64,000 nt of DNA from Alphaproteobacteria bacterium (lineage in GTDB: Bacteria > Pseudomonadota > Alphaproteobacteria > SP197): positions 320,001 through 384,000 of the forward strand of contig OZ219920.1 of NCBI GenBank assembly GCA_964291415.2. The letters run 5' to 3'. How positions within the stretch are numbered: the stretch's first letter is position 1; every line of letters starts with the position of its first letter. The position numbers were made by a program, and so were the translations under genes. Shown here piece after piece: positions 19,994 to 29,318 of this stretch. The notes under the pieces are model-generated. The model was not told where the DNA came from. It ran no database searches and was given only the letters and a program-made list of their open reading frames with translations.

Positions 19994-20875
19994 TCAGTCG
20001 TCTTCCAGGGCGAGTCTGAAGCCGATGAGGATGTGGCGGATGTCCTCGGGCCGGCCGTGCCGGTCAGCCGGGCGGCAGACACCGCAACCGCGATCATCCC
20101 AGGAACCACCCTTGACCCAGTATCGCCCGGGGCGCTGCTCATCGGCGGTCCACTCGAACACCTGTCCGGCGGCATCCAGCATGCCGAAGGGACTCGTCCC
20201 TTCCGGAAACGAGCCCACCGGCATCGTCGAGAAGGGGCCGCGGTCATGGGTGTTGAGTTTCGTGGCGTCCCACGCGTTGCCCCAGGGGAACATCCGGCCA
20301 TCCGTGCCGCGTGCGGCCTTCTCCCACTCGAGCGCCGTCGGCAGGCGCCACAGGCGCCCTGTTTCCCCGGACATCCAGCGGGCATAGGCCATCGCGTCGG
20401 CATGGCTCACGAGAACAACCGGATGGTCGAGCCTGTCGGCCGGTGGTACGCCATCAGTCCAGGCATAGGGCCGTGTGCGGCGGTAGGGATGGATCAGTCC
20501 ATAGCCGTCCCAGGTCTCATTGTCGACGTCGGGCGCGGCGTGGCCCGTGGCCTCGACAAACAGGGCGTAGTCGGCCTGGGTGACGAGGTTCTTCATGATG
20601 AAGAAGGTGCCAAGCTCGACGACGTGACGATCCATGTCATCGTCATACCAGCCCCATTGCCTGGTCCGCGAATGACCATAGGCTTCCTCGTCGAGACGAT
20701 AGGCCCATTCCCTCTCATCCGCGTCGGACCCGGCGATGAAGGATCCCCCGTCGATCCTGACGACCTCGGGGTGAGGCGTATCGTCTGCCGCGGATGAAGC
20801 GTACTGCGACAGAACAAGGAGAGTGACGCAGAGAAACGTGCGCAAGGGACCAGGAACCTTCCTGACAACACCCAT
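19994..20875 (-). CDS. Exported formylglycine-generating enzyme (FGE/SUMF1) family protein
   Basis: Signal peptide; [61 protein letters not shown]. Confidence 0.88.
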   Translation of the reverse strand: MGVVRKVPGPLRTFLCVTLLVLSQYASSAADDTPHPEVVRIDGGSFIAGSDADEREWAYRLDEEAYGHSRTRQWGWYDDDMDRHVVELGTFFIMKNLVTQADYALFVEATGHAAPDVDNETWDGYGLIHPYRRTRPYAWTDGVPPADRLDHPVVLVSHADAMAYARWMSGETGRLWRLPTALEWEKAARGTDGRMFPWGNAWDATKLNTHDRGPFSTMPVGSFPEGTSPFGMLDAAGQVFEWTADEQRPGRYWVKGGSWDDRGCGVCRPADRHGRPEDIRHILIGFRLALEDD

Positions 20876-21019
20876 AGTGGACCGCATACCATGGGAGCGC
20901 CACAGCGTCATTTCCAGCTTACCATCCTGCCGGGATCAGGGTATCATGGTGGTTTACGTGCGGTGCGCTCCATGAGCGCACTCCCTTCAAGATCTCGAAA
21001 CCGGAGGGTCTCTAACTCC

Positions 21020-21931
21020 ATGGGCAAGCTGAGAAGGAAACTGTTGACGACCACCATGATTCCGGCGGTCGTTGGTCTCGGGAGCGTCATGGCATTCGAT
21101 GCGTCGGCCTGCATGTGCCAGCGCAAGGCGGCTGCCAAGGCCTACACCATGGCCCTCGAAAACCCGGAGGCCGTGGCAGATCCCGCAACGGGCCTGGCTG
21201 CCGGCTGTGATGCCTGCGGCGGCTGTGGAGCGGGCTGCGGCGCTTGCGGTGGCTGTGGTGCCTGTGGAGCGGGCTGTGGAGCCTGCGGCGGTTGCGGAGC
21301 CTGCGGAGCGGGCTGCGGGGCCTGCGGCGGTTGTGGAGCCTGCGGAGCGGGCTGCGGGGTCTGCAATCCCTGCGCGGCCGAGTGCGAGGAGGATCCGTGC
21401 AATCCGTGTGCGGTCTGCGAGGATCCGTGCGGCGCCAGCCTTGAGACGGCGACGGGCCTGGCTGCCGGCTGCGGAGCCTGCGGCGGCTGTGGTGCCTGTG
21501 GAGCGGGCTGCGGAGCTTGCGGCGGCTGTGGTGCCTGTGGAGCGGGCTGTGGAGCCTGCGGCGGTTGCGGAGCCTGCGGAGCGGGCTGCGGGGTCTGCAA
21601 TCCCTGCGCGGCCGAGTGCGAGGAGGATCCGTGCAATCCGTGTGCGGTCTGCGAGGATCCGTGTGGCGCCAGCCTTTGGCAGCCCGATGACGAAACCAGG
21701 GTTGCCTGGAGTGTCCTGACGGGCGAGCCGAGCGCTGCCTATGTTGCCGGACTGCTGCCCCAGGGTGATGTGCCGGCGATGCTTGACGGGAACGTGGAGC
21801 ATGTTGCCGGACTGGCCGACGAGGGCATCGGTGCGGTTGGCACGGGCGCCACAGGTTCTGGCTCACGGTTCGTTCCGGACGATGCGGCGTCCGACATCGG
21901 CTACTGGCGTTACACACTGCTGGTGTCCTGA
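21020..21931 (+). CDS. Exported Cys/Gly/Ala-rich repeat protein (~45 Cys)
   Basis: RBS ggagg; LRRKLL + hydrophobic stretch + ASA cleavage site; repeats vary at third codon positions, as expected for this frame being coding. Confidence 0.8.
   Translation: MGKLRRKLLTTTMIPAVVGLGSVMAFDASACMCQRKAAAKAYTMALENPEAVADPATGLAAGCDACGGCGAGCGACGGCGACGAGCGACGGCGACGAGCGACGGCGACGAGCGVCNPCAAECEEDPCNPCAVCEDPCGASLETATGLAAGCGACGGCGACGAGCGACGGCGACGAGCGACGGCGACGAGCGVCNPCAAECEEDPCNPCAVCEDPCGASLWQPDDETRVAWSVLTGEPSAAYVAGLLPQGDVPAMLDGNVEHVAGLADEGIGAVGTGATGSGSRFVPDDAASDIGYWRYTLLVS
21188..21676 (+). repeat. Nested repeat: two cassettes (21188-21442, 21452-21676), each with three 39-bp CGACGGCGACGAG units plus a CNPC block
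   Basis: Seen directly in DNA and in translation. Confidence 0.92.
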
Positions 21932-21945
21932 TTACCGGGCGCTCC

Positions 21946-22446
21946 GTGCCTGGTGGTGACAGACTCCGTCGTCGCGGCCACGCCGCTGGATACCATGACA
22001 AGGGCCGGATCGGCATCGCTGCCGGCTCGGCCCTTGTCGTTCTTGTGCTCTTCATGGCGCTGGGCCGTGCCGGAGACGGGACGTTGGCAGCCGACAGCGC
22101 CTGGGCGCTGGCTGGCGGTGATTCCCTTCTCGTCATCGACGTGAGAACCGTCCGCGAATGGCGGACCACCGGTCTGCCGGAAAAGGCGGTGGGCATCAGC
22201 CTTGCCGGTCAAGGTGTTGCCTCCTTTGTCGACGCGGTGCTTGAAGCGGTTGACGGCGACCGCTCGCATCCCCTTGCGACGATATGCGCCTCCGGTGTGC
22301 GTTCGGCTCGGGCAGCCGATATCCTGCAGCGTCACGGGTTTGTGGACGTTTACGACATTGCCGAGGGCATGATGGGGAACGGGCACGGCCCAGGCTGGAT
22401 CGGACGCGGACTGCCGCTTCGTGCCATGGACGGCAGCGATTCATGA
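21946..22446 (+). CDS. Rhodanese-like domain protein with N-terminal hydrophobic segment (start uncertain)
   Basis: LVIDVRTVREW, ICASGVRS active-site loop, GFVDVYDIAEGM..GW..GLP. Confidence 0.85.
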   Translation: MPGGDRLRRRGHAAGYHDKGRIGIAAGSALVVLVLFMALGRAGDGTLAADSAWALAGGDSLLVIDVRTVREWRTTGLPEKAVGISLAGQGVASFVDAVLEAVDGDRSHPLATICASGVRSARAADILQRHGFVDVYDIAEGMMGNGHGPGWIGRGLPLRAMDGSDS

Positions 22447-22523
22447 TCACGTCTCCCGCTGCCTCCCTTCATACTCCATGTCCGCACCTGTTCACTGACT
22501 GAATTCAAGAGAGGAGAATCAGT

Positions 22524-23663
22524 ATGTTTCGCAAGTCCAAAGCCACGCGTCTCGTGGACGACCTTGTTGGCGGTGAGATGTCCAGGCGGGAGTTTCACCG
22601 CACCCTCGCTGCCACAGGCATCGGTCTCGGCGGGACAACCCTGCCATTGTCCGGGGCTTCGGCGAACACCGATCCCGCGGCGCTCAGCGTCTTCGAGTGG
22701 GCGGGGTACGAACTGCCCGAGTTCTATCCGGGATACACCGAAAAGCACGGTGTCCCTCCGACATTCACGCTCTTCGCCGAAGAGGAAGAAGCCCTTCAGA
22801 AGCTGCGCTCCGGGTTCCCGTCGGACATCTCGCATCCGTGCAGCGGTTCGGTGGCGCGCTGGAGGGACGCGGGCGCATTGCGTCCGCTCGATATCGCTCG
22901 CATCGAGGCCTGGGACGACATCTTCCCGACCACCAAGGAGATCCGTGGCGTCAAGATCGAGGACGAGTACTATTTCCTGCCCTGGGACTGGGGGAACAGT
23001 TCCATTCTCTACAGGCCCGACCTGCTTCCGCTCGGCGAGGACGAACAGTCCTACGACGTCCTGCTGAGGCCGGAGTTGCAGGGCAAGATCGCGATGTTCG
23101 ATTCGGTCGACTCGACCTTCGCGGTCGGTGGTCTCCTGACCGGGGCTGAGAACATCTTCGCGATGACAGACGACGAAATCGAAGCCGCCGCCGAAGTTGT
23201 CCGTGCCCTTCACCACAACATGAGGTTCTACTGGTCGTCTCCAACCGAGTTCGAGCAATCCATGGCCGCAGGGGAAGTGGTGGCAGCATGGTCGTGGAAC
23301 AGTTCGATCATCGAGATGAAGAACCAGGACATCGAGGTCGTCTTCATGAATCCCAAGGAGGGGATCATGACCTGGATCTGCGGATTCACGGTCATGTCGA
23401 GCGGCGAGTCGGTAGATGACCTCATATACGACTACCTCAACGCCGCCATGGAACCGCGCGTCGGCAAATACCTCATCGAGGCTTATGGTTACGGTCACTC
23501 GAACGAGCACACCTATGGTCTGGTGGCCCAGGACGTGCTCGAAGCCCTCGGTATCGTCGACCCTGTCGCGCTCATGGCCCAGGGCAACTTCTACGATGAG
23601 ATCCCTGCCGATATCCGGGAAAAGATGATCGTCAAGTTCGACGAGATCAAAGCCGGTTTCTGA
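22524..23663 (+). CDS. PotD/PotF-like ABC substrate-binding protein, Tat-exported
   Basis: SRREF twin-arginine motif; WAGYE, PWDWGNSSILYR, PKEG; strong RBS aggag. Confidence 0.88.
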   Translation: MFRKSKATRLVDDLVGGEMSRREFHRTLAATGIGLGGTTLPLSGASANTDPAALSVFEWAGYELPEFYPGYTEKHGVPPTFTLFAEEEEALQKLRSGFPSDISHPCSGSVARWRDAGALRPLDIARIEAWDDIFPTTKEIRGVKIEDEYYFLPWDWGNSSILYRPDLLPLGEDEQSYDVLLRPELQGKIAMFDSVDSTFAVGGLLTGAENIFAMTDDEIEAAAEVVRALHHNMRFYWSSPTEFEQSMAAGEVVAAWSWNSSIIEMKNQDIEVVFMNPKEGIMTWICGFTVMSSGESVDDLIYDYLNAAMEPRVGKYLIEAYGYGHSNEHTYGLVAQDVLEALGIVDPVALMAQGNFYDEIPADIREKMIVKFDEIKAGF

Positions 23664-23668
23664 TGATC

Positions 23669-23711
23669 ACGAGTGGAGACGCCGGTTACAGTCGCCGGTG
23701 TCTCCACTCGT
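23669..23711. terminator. 17-bp stem hairpin between convergent genes
   Basis: acgagtggagacgccgg / ccggtgtctccactcgt, one G-T pair; no clear U-tract. Confidence 0.55.
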
Positions 23712-23908
23712 CCAGCTGATCCCCTTGTCGCCCGCCCCTTGCCATCGCGTCTGCTCGAATGGCAGGTGTCGGCGCCGTGACGTTCGCAGACCGGATGCGC
23801 TGTCACGGCGGTCCGGCGGGCAGACGGAACACGTTCGTGCGGTTTGCACCGGACGCCCTTGTCCTCCGCCCAGGGCGATGCCGTTCGCGAGAATGGAGAA
23901 TTCGGCGC

Positions 23909-25099
23909 TCAGGCGGCGTGGCGCAGAACCTCGTCGCGGGTCTCCTGGAGGAGGTCGAGGTCGAACCCGAAGAGTTCTGCGGCGTTGGCGCAGAGCACCC
24001 GGTGGGCCGCTTCGGGATCGAGTTCCGAACGGATCCGGTTGATGAAGGGCTGGCTCTTCGGCCAGGACCCCTCGTCGTGGGGGTAGTCGTTGCCCCACAT
24101 CAGGATGTTGCTGCCCGTGAACGTCACGTTGTTCAGAGCCACCGGATCGTCAGTGATGGTGATGGCGCCCTGGCGCAGGAAGTACTCGCTGGGACGTAGG
24201 TTGAGTTTCTTCATGCCGAGGTGACGCTGTCTCTGCATCTGGTCCATGGCGTGGAGAACCCAGGCCAGCCAGCCGCATTCCGCCTCCGTGACGACGACCC
24301 TGAGGTTCGGGTGATTCTCGAGGACGCCGGCGCCCGTCAATTCGACGATCGGCGCCATGCCCGCGGCCATGCCCAGCACCGTGGAATTGAGCATTTCCGG
24401 CCAGTCGCGCTGTCGCTCCACGACTCCTGAGTAGGCGGCGAATCGGTCCGCGTCCATGGCGCCGAGATCGGCGAAGTCCGCGTGCAGGGCGAGGTTGCCG
24501 CTGAAGACGTGGAAGTTGAGCGGTATGCCCGCTTCCTCGGCCAGCGACCACAGGGGTTCGTAGTCGGGCATGCGGTAGGGCCGCCAGGGAACGTTGGCCG
24601 GCAGGAAGAGTGTGCAGAATCCGAGCCCGATGGCGCGTTCGGCTTCCCTCATCATCTCGTCGATATCGTCGACGGCGATCATGGCCACGGGCTTGAGGCG
24701 GTGCTGCCAGGGACCGAAGGTATCCCGCATGAAGTCGTTCCAGGCCCGTGCCCAGGCGTGGTGGAACTGAGTGGGCCCCCTGCCGCCGGAGAGCGAAAGT
24801 CCGATGTTGGGGAAGAGCACGGCGGCATCGACCCCCTCCAGCGCCATGTCGCGCAGGCGCCTGTCGATATCGGTGCCTTGCGAAGGATCGGTGCGAAACT
24901 CCTTCATAAGGTCGATCTCGCCGAGCGATTCGGCGGTGGAGTTCCTGAGATCCTCTCCGGCCAGCGTGACCTTGAAATCGCCGTTCACGTCGCTCTCGAG
25001 GCGCGGCAGCAGATCGCGGTAGCGTTCCGGAAGCCTTTCCCGCATGGCATCGGGTTCACCCACGTGGGCATCGGCGGAAATGATCACATCATGCAGCAT
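23909..25099 (-). CDS. Amidohydrolase family 2 protein
   Basis: ISADAHV, YEPLW..PLNFH, EAECGW, MWGNDYPHDEGSWP. Confidence 0.88.
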   Translation of the reverse strand: MLHDVIISADAHVGEPDAMRERLPERYRDLLPRLESDVNGDFKVTLAGEDLRNSTAESLGEIDLMKEFRTDPSQGTDIDRRLRDMALEGVDAAVLFPNIGLSLSGGRGPTQFHHAWARAWNDFMRDTFGPWQHRLKPVAMIAVDDIDEMMREAERAIGLGFCTLFLPANVPWRPYRMPDYEPLWSLAEEAGIPLNFHVFSGNLALHADFADLGAMDADRFAAYSGVVERQRDWPEMLNSTVLGMAAGMAPIVELTGAGVLENHPNLRVVVTEAECGWLAWVLHAMDQMQRQRHLGMKKLNLRPSEYFLRQGAITITDDPVALNNVTFTGSNILMWGNDYPHDEGSWPKSQPFINRIRSELDPEAAHRVLCANAAELFGFDLDLLQETRDEVLRHAA

Positions 25100-25222
25100 G
25101 AGCAGAGTGGCCTTCCATGTGCTGGCGCCATTCTTGCATCTGGCCGGCGCCGGGTAAAACACTGTCGGCCAGTGCACCAGACACTATAGTGGCGGCCGGT
25201 GATGCCGGTGACGGGAGGAGAC

Positions 25223-26011
25223 ATGACGAACAGGGGACTGCTGGACGGACGACGGGCCCTCGTGACAGGAGCGGCCCGGGGAATCGGTCTTGCCATCGCC
25301 AGGGCCTTCCATGACGAGGGGGCACAGGTGGCGCTGAGCGACATCGACGGCGGGGCGGCCGTCACCGCGGCCGCGGATCTCGGATCACGGGCTCGCGGCT
25401 ACGCTCTCGATGTCACCGATGCCGTCGCCACCGAGCGAGTCTTCAACGAAGCTGCGCAATGGACGGGAGGGCTCGATCTCGTCGCCGCCAATGCCGGCAT
25501 CTCCACCATGAATGCCGTCAGGGATCTGACGGAAGAGGAATGGGCAACATGGACGTCAACGCCAAGGGTGTCTTCCTCACCAATCGCGAGGCTGTCCGGC
25601 ACTTTCGCGAGGCTGTCCGCCACCGGGACCGAGGGCGTCATCGTCAACACCGCCTCGCTCGCCGCCAAGATCGGAGCGCCCTACCTCGCCCACTATGCCG
25701 CCAGCAAGTTTGCCGTCATCGGTTTCACGCAGTCACTGGCCAGGGAGGTCTCCGACCGAGGCATCCGCGTCAACGCCGTGTGCCCCGGTTACGTCAGGAC
25801 GTCGATGCAGGAGCGGGAGGTCGAGTGGGAAGGCAGGCTGCGAGGCATGACGCCCGAGGCCGTGCGCGATGAGTACATTGCCGCCACACCGCTGGGCCGT
25901 CTCGAGGAGCCCGACGATGTCGCCTCGATCGCCGTCTTCCTGGCGAGTGATCTCTCCCGGTTCCTGACCGGGGAATCGATCAATGCCAGCGGCGGCGTCC
26001 TGATGGACTGA
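25223..26011 (+). CDS. SDR family oxidoreductase containing an internal compensated frameshift
   Basis: TGAARGIG, NAG, YAASK, VNAVCPG; the expected NMDVNAKGVFL segment lies in another frame (25544-25617). Confidence 0.8.
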   Translation: MTNRGLLDGRRALVTGAARGIGLAIARAFHDEGAQVALSDIDGGAAVTAAADLGSRARGYALDVTDAVATERVFNEAAQWTGGLDLVAANAGISTMNAVRDLTEEEWATWTSTPRVSSSPIARLSGTFARLSATGTEGVIVNTASLAAKIGAPYLAHYAASKFAVIGFTQSLAREVSDRGIRVNAVCPGYVRTSMQEREVEWEGRLRGMTPEAVRDEYIAATPLGRLEEPDDVASIAVFLASDLSRFLTGESINASGGVLMD

Positions 26012-26032
26012 ATTTGACCGGGAGACCAGGAA

Positions 26033-26839
26033 ATGGGTTGGCTTGCGCAACAATTGGGAAGCAGGAAACCGGTGATCGCCATGGCGCATCTTCCGGCGTT
26101 GCCGGGATCACCGTTGCATGATGCCGCGGGAGGCATGGCCGCCATCATCGAACATGTGTCGCGCGACATCGAGGCCCTTCAGGCGGGAGGTGTCGACTGC
26201 ATCATGTTCGGCAACGAGGGCGACAGGCCCTACCTGCTCGAGGCCTCGCCGGAATCGCTCGCCGCCATGACCGCCGCCGTCGAAGCGGCCAAGGAATGCA
26301 TCACCGTCCCCTTCGGTGTCGACTACCTGTGGGACCCGGTGGCAACCGTGGCTATTGCCGTGGCCACGAACGCCGTCTTTGCCAGGGAGATATTCACCGG
26401 AGTCTATGATTCCGACATGGGCCTGTGGCAACCGGATGCCGCCCGGGCACTCAGAATGCGTCACGACCTGGGCCGGGACGACCTCAAACTCCTCTTCAAC
26501 ATCAATGCAGAATTCGCGTCACCGGTGGGCGCGAGATCGATCGAGTCACGCGCCGAGAGCGCCGTCTTCTCCTCTCTGGCCGACGCCGTCCTGGTCTCGG
26601 GCCCCATGACCGGACAACCTGTCGATGCATCCGAACTCTCGCGGGTCAAGGACGCTGTCGGCGAGACGCCGGTCCTTGCCAACACCGGCTGTACGGCGGA
26701 GAACATCGCCGGCATCCTCGCCGTGGCGGACGGCTGTATCGTCGGCACGCATTTCAAGGTGGGGGGCGACACCTGGAATCCGGTCGATCGCGACCGGGTT
26801 GCCCGATTCATGGAGGTCGTGTCCAGGAGCCGTTCCTGA
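26033..26839 (+). CDS. BtpA/SgcQ family protein
   Basis: IAMAHLPALPGSP, MFGNEGDRPY, VSGPMTG, ADGCIVGTHFK. Confidence 0.9.
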   Translation: MGWLAQQLGSRKPVIAMAHLPALPGSPLHDAAGGMAAIIEHVSRDIEALQAGGVDCIMFGNEGDRPYLLEASPESLAAMTAAVEAAKECITVPFGVDYLWDPVATVAIAVATNAVFAREIFTGVYDSDMGLWQPDAARALRMRHDLGRDDLKLLFNINAEFASPVGARSIESRAESAVFSSLADAVLVSGPMTGQPVDASELSRVKDAVGETPVLANTGCTAENIAGILAVADGCIVGTHFKVGGDTWNPVDRDRVARFMEVVSRSRS

Positions 26840-28362
26840 TGAGCGTTCTGCTTGGTCTCGACATCGGCACCACGTCAACAATCGGCATCCTTGCCGACTG
26901 CAGAGGCGGTGTTCTCGCCCTGGCCTCAAGGCCCAGCGAGCTTCTGTCGCGCCATCCCAACTGGGCCGAGGAGGACCCGGACCTGTGGTGGGCCAATGTC
27001 TGCGCCATCGTGCCGGAGCTGATCACCGCCGGCGGCATCCACGCGAGCGACATTGCCGGTGTCGGTGTGACGGGCATGGTTCCCACCCTCATCCTTCTCG
27101 ATGACGACGGTCTGGCTATTCGTCATTCGATCCAGCAGAACGATGCCCGGGCCATCGACGAGATCGCCGCGATGGCGCGGGACGTGGATGCCGACGCGTT
27201 CCTTGCCCTGACGGGTGGCAGCATCAACCAGCAGATCCTTGCACCCAAACTGCGCTGGCTTGAACGTCATGAACCCGGCAATCGGGATCGCACGCACACC
27301 ATCACGGGCTCCTACAGCTACATCACCGCCAGGCTGTGCGGATCCCTGACCATCGAGCGGAACTGGGCCCTGGAAGCGGGATTCATGGATCTTGCCACCG
27401 GTGCCCTTGACGACCGTCTTCTCGCTCACGCCGGCCTGGTGCCGGGCGCTCTCCCGCCGCTCCACGCCTCCCATGACGTCGTCGGGGAGGTGACATCCCA
27501 TGCCGCGTCACAGACGGGGTTGGCCGCCGGCACGCCCGTCGTGGCGGGGTGTGCCGATCACATCGCCTCGGCTTTCGTTGCAGGGGCATCGCGGGACGGC
27601 GATCTGGTCGTCAAGTACGGGGGAGCAGGGGACATCCTGCTGTCATGCACCAGCCCGGTGACCGATCCGCGCATGTTCATCGATTACCACATTGTCCCCG
27701 GTCTCCACTTCTCCAATGGCTGCATGGCTGCCAGCGGCAGCGTGCTGAACTGGATTGCCACCCACCTGGCAAAGGCCGAGGCAGGACAGGCAGCGCAGGA
27801 GGGACGGTCCGTCCATGCCTTGCTGGACGCCATGGCCGCAATCCTGCCGCCGGGGGCCGGCGGCGTTCTCCTGCTTCCCTACTTTCTGGGCGAGAAGACA
27901 CCTCTCAACGACCCCCATGCGCGTGGCACCCTGACCGGTCTCGGGCTGCACCACGGGCTGGCTCACGTCTGGCGTGCGGCTCTGGAATCGGTGGCCTTCG
28001 GTTTCCGGCACCATGCCGATGTGTTCGACGACATGGGTCTGGAGATCACCAGGATTGTCGCCTGCGACGGAGGCGCGGCAAGCGATCTGTGGGTCCAGAT
28101 CACGGCCGATGTTCTCGAGCGGCCCATCGAGAGGCTGCTCGACCACCCGGGGTCGTGTCTCGGCGCCGCCTTTGTCGCCGGCATGGGAGTCGGAGTCATG
28201 GACGACTGGGCCGACATCAAGGCCTATGTCGCGACGGACCGAGTCTTCGAACCGGACGGTGTTGCGTCATCGGTCTACCGGGAGGCTTACGGCCTCTACA
28301 GGGAACTCTACGAACGCCTCGAAACCCTCTACCCACGTGTCGGCCAGCTTCCGGTGGCCTGA
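26839..28362 (+). CDS. FGGY-family carbohydrate kinase
   Basis: LGLDIGTT, PKLRWL, VVAGCADH, LPYFLGEKTP, DGGAAS. Confidence 0.92.
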   Translation: MSVLLGLDIGTTSTIGILADCRGGVLALASRPSELLSRHPNWAEEDPDLWWANVCAIVPELITAGGIHASDIAGVGVTGMVPTLILLDDDGLAIRHSIQQNDARAIDEIAAMARDVDADAFLALTGGSINQQILAPKLRWLERHEPGNRDRTHTITGSYSYITARLCGSLTIERNWALEAGFMDLATGALDDRLLAHAGLVPGALPPLHASHDVVGEVTSHAASQTGLAAGTPVVAGCADHIASAFVAGASRDGDLVVKYGGAGDILLSCTSPVTDPRMFIDYHIVPGLHFSNGCMAASGSVLNWIATHLAKAEAGQAAQEGRSVHALLDAMAAILPPGAGGVLLLPYFLGEKTPLNDPHARGTLTGLGLHHGLAHVWRAALESVAFGFRHHADVFDDMGLEITRIVACDGGAASDLWVQITADVLERPIERLLDHPGSCLGAAFVAGMGVGVMDDWADIKAYVATDRVFEPDGVASSVYREAYGLYRELYERLETLYPRVGQLPVA

Positions 28363-28376
28363 CACCGTGTCACCGT

Positions 28377-29318
28377 TCAGCCGGCGTCGAGGGCGGCGAT
28401 CGGAGAACCCGAGATCAGTCGGGAGAGGGTGCCGTCGATTCCGCGGCGCGGTTCACCCAACAGCGTGACGCGGTAGAGCTGCCGGTCGAAATCGAGATCG
28501 AAGATATCGGGCGTCGCGAGATGCAGGCAGGACCGGTTGTCCCAGAAGGCCACGCTGCCCGGTTCCCACCTGAACCGCACCATGAACTCGGGCCTGAGGG
28601 CATGTTCGTAGAGCAGCTCGAGGAGTCTGTCGCTCTCGAAGGGCGACAGTCCGACCACATTCCGGACGAACTCCGGATTGACATAGAGAACGCGCTTGCC
28701 GGACTCCGGATGGACCACCACCATGGGGTGTTCGGCCATCAGCGCGGCGTGTTCCACGCGCTGATCATACTGGCGGCTGACGTCGGCGCCCGATGGCGGT
28801 TCGAACCGGTGAATGCAGCTCAAGTGATCGATGAACCCGCGGAGAACAGGTGACAGGGCCTCGTAGGCCCGGGTCATGTCGAGCCACAGGGTGTCGCCGC
28901 CATGGGGAGGAATGATGTCGCCCCTCAGGATCGTGGCAAACGGCGGATTGACCGCCGGCGTGACGTCGGCATGCCAGCCCTTCCAGGCGCGGCGCGGTTT
29001 TTCGCCTCCCCGGGTGATGGCCACGCGAAACTTGGTCACGGGATAGATTTCCGGGGGCAGGCCTTCCCTTGTGCCGAACACCACGTGGGCCGGCGTCAAT
29101 TCGCCGAACTGCCGGGCAAAGCGGCTGTGCTGTTCGTGGTCCAGTGACTGGTTTCTGAAGAAGATCACCTTCCATGTGACAAGCGCTTCGCGTATCGCCG
29201 TCACCGCGTCCGCCGGCAACGGCCGGGAAAGATCGACACCGGCAATCTCGGCGCCGATATGCGCCGTCATGGGGCGAACGTCGGGCCGGACGGCGGAAGA
29301 ATGCTTGCGACGTGTCAC
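28377..29318 (-). CDS. TauD/TfdA family Fe(II)/2-oxoglutarate dioxygenase
   Basis: IGAEIAGVDL, WHADVT (HxD), GGDTLW, WDNRSCLH; GTG overlaps the ATPase stop. Confidence 0.92.
   Translation of the reverse strand: MTRRKHSSAVRPDVRPMTAHIGAEIAGVDLSRPLPADAVTAIREALVTWKVIFFRNQSLDHEQHSRFARQFGELTPAHVVFGTREGLPPEIYPVTKFRVAITRGGEKPRRAWKGWHADVTPAVNPPFATILRGDIIPPHGGDTLWLDMTRAYEALSPVLRGFIDHLSCIHRFEPPSGADVSRQYDQRVEHAALMAEHPMVVVHPESGKRVLYVNPEFVRNVVGLSPFESDRLLELLYEHALRPEFMVRFRWEPGSVAFWDNRSCLHLATPDIFDLDFDRQLYRVTLLGEPRRGIDGTLSRLISGSPIAALDAG

Noticed and set aside
21142-21636. PQAPQP-repeat minus-strand ORF and other frames over the Cys repeat
   Set aside because: Only the + frame has an RBS, a signal peptide and a coherent full-length ORF.
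21188-21676. Cys repeats as CRISPR or as polyferredoxin CxxCxxCxxxC motifs
   Set aside because: No spacers. The spacing resembles ferredoxin motifs, but there is no ferredoxin fold context or terminal CP; Fe-S binding is not excluded.
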